DNA of 64,000 nucleotides, from assembly GCA_965208105.1 (NCBI GenBank), contig OZ242318.1:4480001-4544000 (forward strand), given 5' to 3'. Source of the DNA: Candidatus Latescibacterota bacterium. Lineage in GTDB: Bacteria; Latescibacterota; UBA2968; UBA8231. Position 1 is the first letter of the stretch. Every line of letters begins with the position of its first letter. The position numbers were made by a program, and so were the translations under genes. The notes beneath the pieces are model-generated. The model was not told the DNA's origin, made no database searches, and saw only the letters and a program-made list of their open reading frames with translations. Positions 62,787 to 64,000 of this stretch are shown here, piece after piece.

Positions 62787-63626
62787 TCAACCTTCCTTTA
62801 TTTGGGCAAGAATCTCCATCGCCTCTTCTACCGGAATCTCCCCCAGACCGCCGGCGCTCTCCTGGAAACTCCGCGTCCTGTCGTTGAGCACTCCGTAGAA
62901 TCCGCGGGTTTCGGCGTCGTCGTGGTCGCGCCACAGCGCGGCTGGAATGAAGGACTGGTCGCTGAGGGAGCCGCGCTGGCGGTGGCCATAGTAGATCTGC
63001 ACCGATTTGCGTTCCAACCGGGTGCGGCGCACGGTTACCGTGTGCAGCCGGGACACGTTGAACAGGATGGCAGTGCCGGCGCAGCCGTGCAGGTCGTGGA
63101 CGCCGAAGCGCTCCAGCTGAGCCTCCTTGTCGAGGGTTTCCTCGCCGACAGGTTCAGGTGAAACGGCGAAGCTGTGGGTTGCCTCGCTCACGTCGGTGAG
63201 GTAGACCATCAGCTGGACGTAGCCGATGCGCAGCGGGTGTTCCGGCCAGATGAAGCGGTCCCCGCCGTCCCGGTGCCAGCGGCGTCCGACGCCCCCTTCC
63301 CAGGAGGTCATGCCGGGTAGGGGCTCGCCGGCGTATGGGCCCATGTGGCGCAGGCAGATTTCCGAGAAACACACCTCGCCTCCCATCAATTCTCCGAGGG
63401 GATCCAACACCCTCGGGTGGCGGACGATGCCGTCGAACTCGGGCGCGGAAAGGAGCGCGTCGCAGTTCTGGGTTTGCCAGATGCCGTTCTCTCTCCAGAA
63501 TCTGGCGAAGTCGCGCCGGTCCCGTTCGAAGGAGTCGCCGAAGCGGGCGATCTCCTCGTCGCTCAGGACCTTTCCCAGGGACAGATAGCCGTGGTCCCGG
63601 AAATAATCGTAGTCTTCCCGTTTCAT
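62787..63626 (-). CDS. Phytanoyl-CoA dioxygenase (PhyH) family protein
   Basis: WHRDG, VYLTDV, AGTAILFN-LH. Confidence 0.85.
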   Translation of the reverse strand: MKREDYDYFRDHGYLSLGKVLSDEEIARFGDSFERDRRDFARFWRENGIWQTQNCDALLSAPEFDGIVRHPRVLDPLGELMGGEVCFSEICLRHMGPYAGEPLPGMTSWEGGVGRRWHRDGGDRFIWPEHPLRIGYVQLMVYLTDVSEATHSFAVSPEPVGEETLDKEAQLERFGVHDLHGCAGTAILFNVSRLHTVTVRRTRLERKSVQIYYGHRQRGSLSDQSFIPAALWRDHDDAETRGFYGVLNDRTRSFQESAGGLGEIPVEEAMEILAQIKEG

Positions 63627-63744
63627 TGCCCGTTCCTTTCAATTTGGCGCCTTGCCTCGAGAGGGGGCACAGGGGCCGATGAGGCGAATTCGAACGATTC
63701 CGTCCAGGGGGTGCGCATCTAATATACTCTGATATGGTTGTACC

Positions 63745-64000
63745 TCATACCTGTGAATGCGTCCACCAGGTGGGTACTCCAGCTTCGGCGACGACGCGGG
63801 CAAGCCCGATCATGATCACCAGGGCGGCCAGGATGAACAGGGGGCGATCCAGGCCGGAATGCCCGACTCCCAGAGCCAGAAGAATATGAAAATAACGCCG
63901 CCCAGAAAGCAGAGCACAGCCGCCCGGTAGGACATGATCTCCCGCGAGTCGTCAACCGGCGCATCCCGGTTCCAGGCCTTGTGCAGTACCTCCTTGAGAT
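63745..64000 (-). pseudogene. 3' end of a DUF6785-like membrane protein, apparently truncated
   Basis: Hand translation LKEVLHKAWNRDAPVDDSREIMSYR...GLARVVAEAGVPT, followed by a stop shortly after. Confidence 0.45.

Noticed and set aside
63729-63736. CATATCAG on the minus strand matching the IS right end
   Set aside because: 8-mer only; no inverted repeat or transposase remnant nearby

Overview
GC-rich bacterial chromosome segment. The gene repertoire (several Gfo/Idh/MocA, PhyH, enolase-superfamily and DUF6785-like genes) resembles Latescibacterota-type genomes; this is inference. Bases 1 to about 14,210 form a lower-GC array of about 20 small, unrelated genes, all on the minus strand: GNATs, SAM methyltransferases, NUDIX, VOC, an Lnu/ANT-like nucleotidyltransferase, MetAP and LysE. 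They are separated by a family of attC-like hairpins whose core boxes are mostly eroded. No integrase is present in the window. The array carries two colinear copies of a promoter plus attI-like module, one at its head (14102-14210) and one embedded inside it (12016-12124). The rest of the window holds a DUF2089/SHOCT/DUF4097 operon with an AT-rich operator and an apparent ATC start, mltF, rhaA, lysA, a CP-ATP-grasp/alpha-E/transglutaminase operon, a TonB-ABC-His-rich Ni/Co transporter operon, a glyco-modification cluster with a UvrA paralog, metG and catabolic oxidoreductases. An IS110-family element of IS1111 architecture (50281-51828) sits in a stop codon. Guide segments in its downstream non-coding end match its own target and donor junctions, so the bridge RNA can be read from the sequence. 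All product calls come from motif recognition, not database searches.
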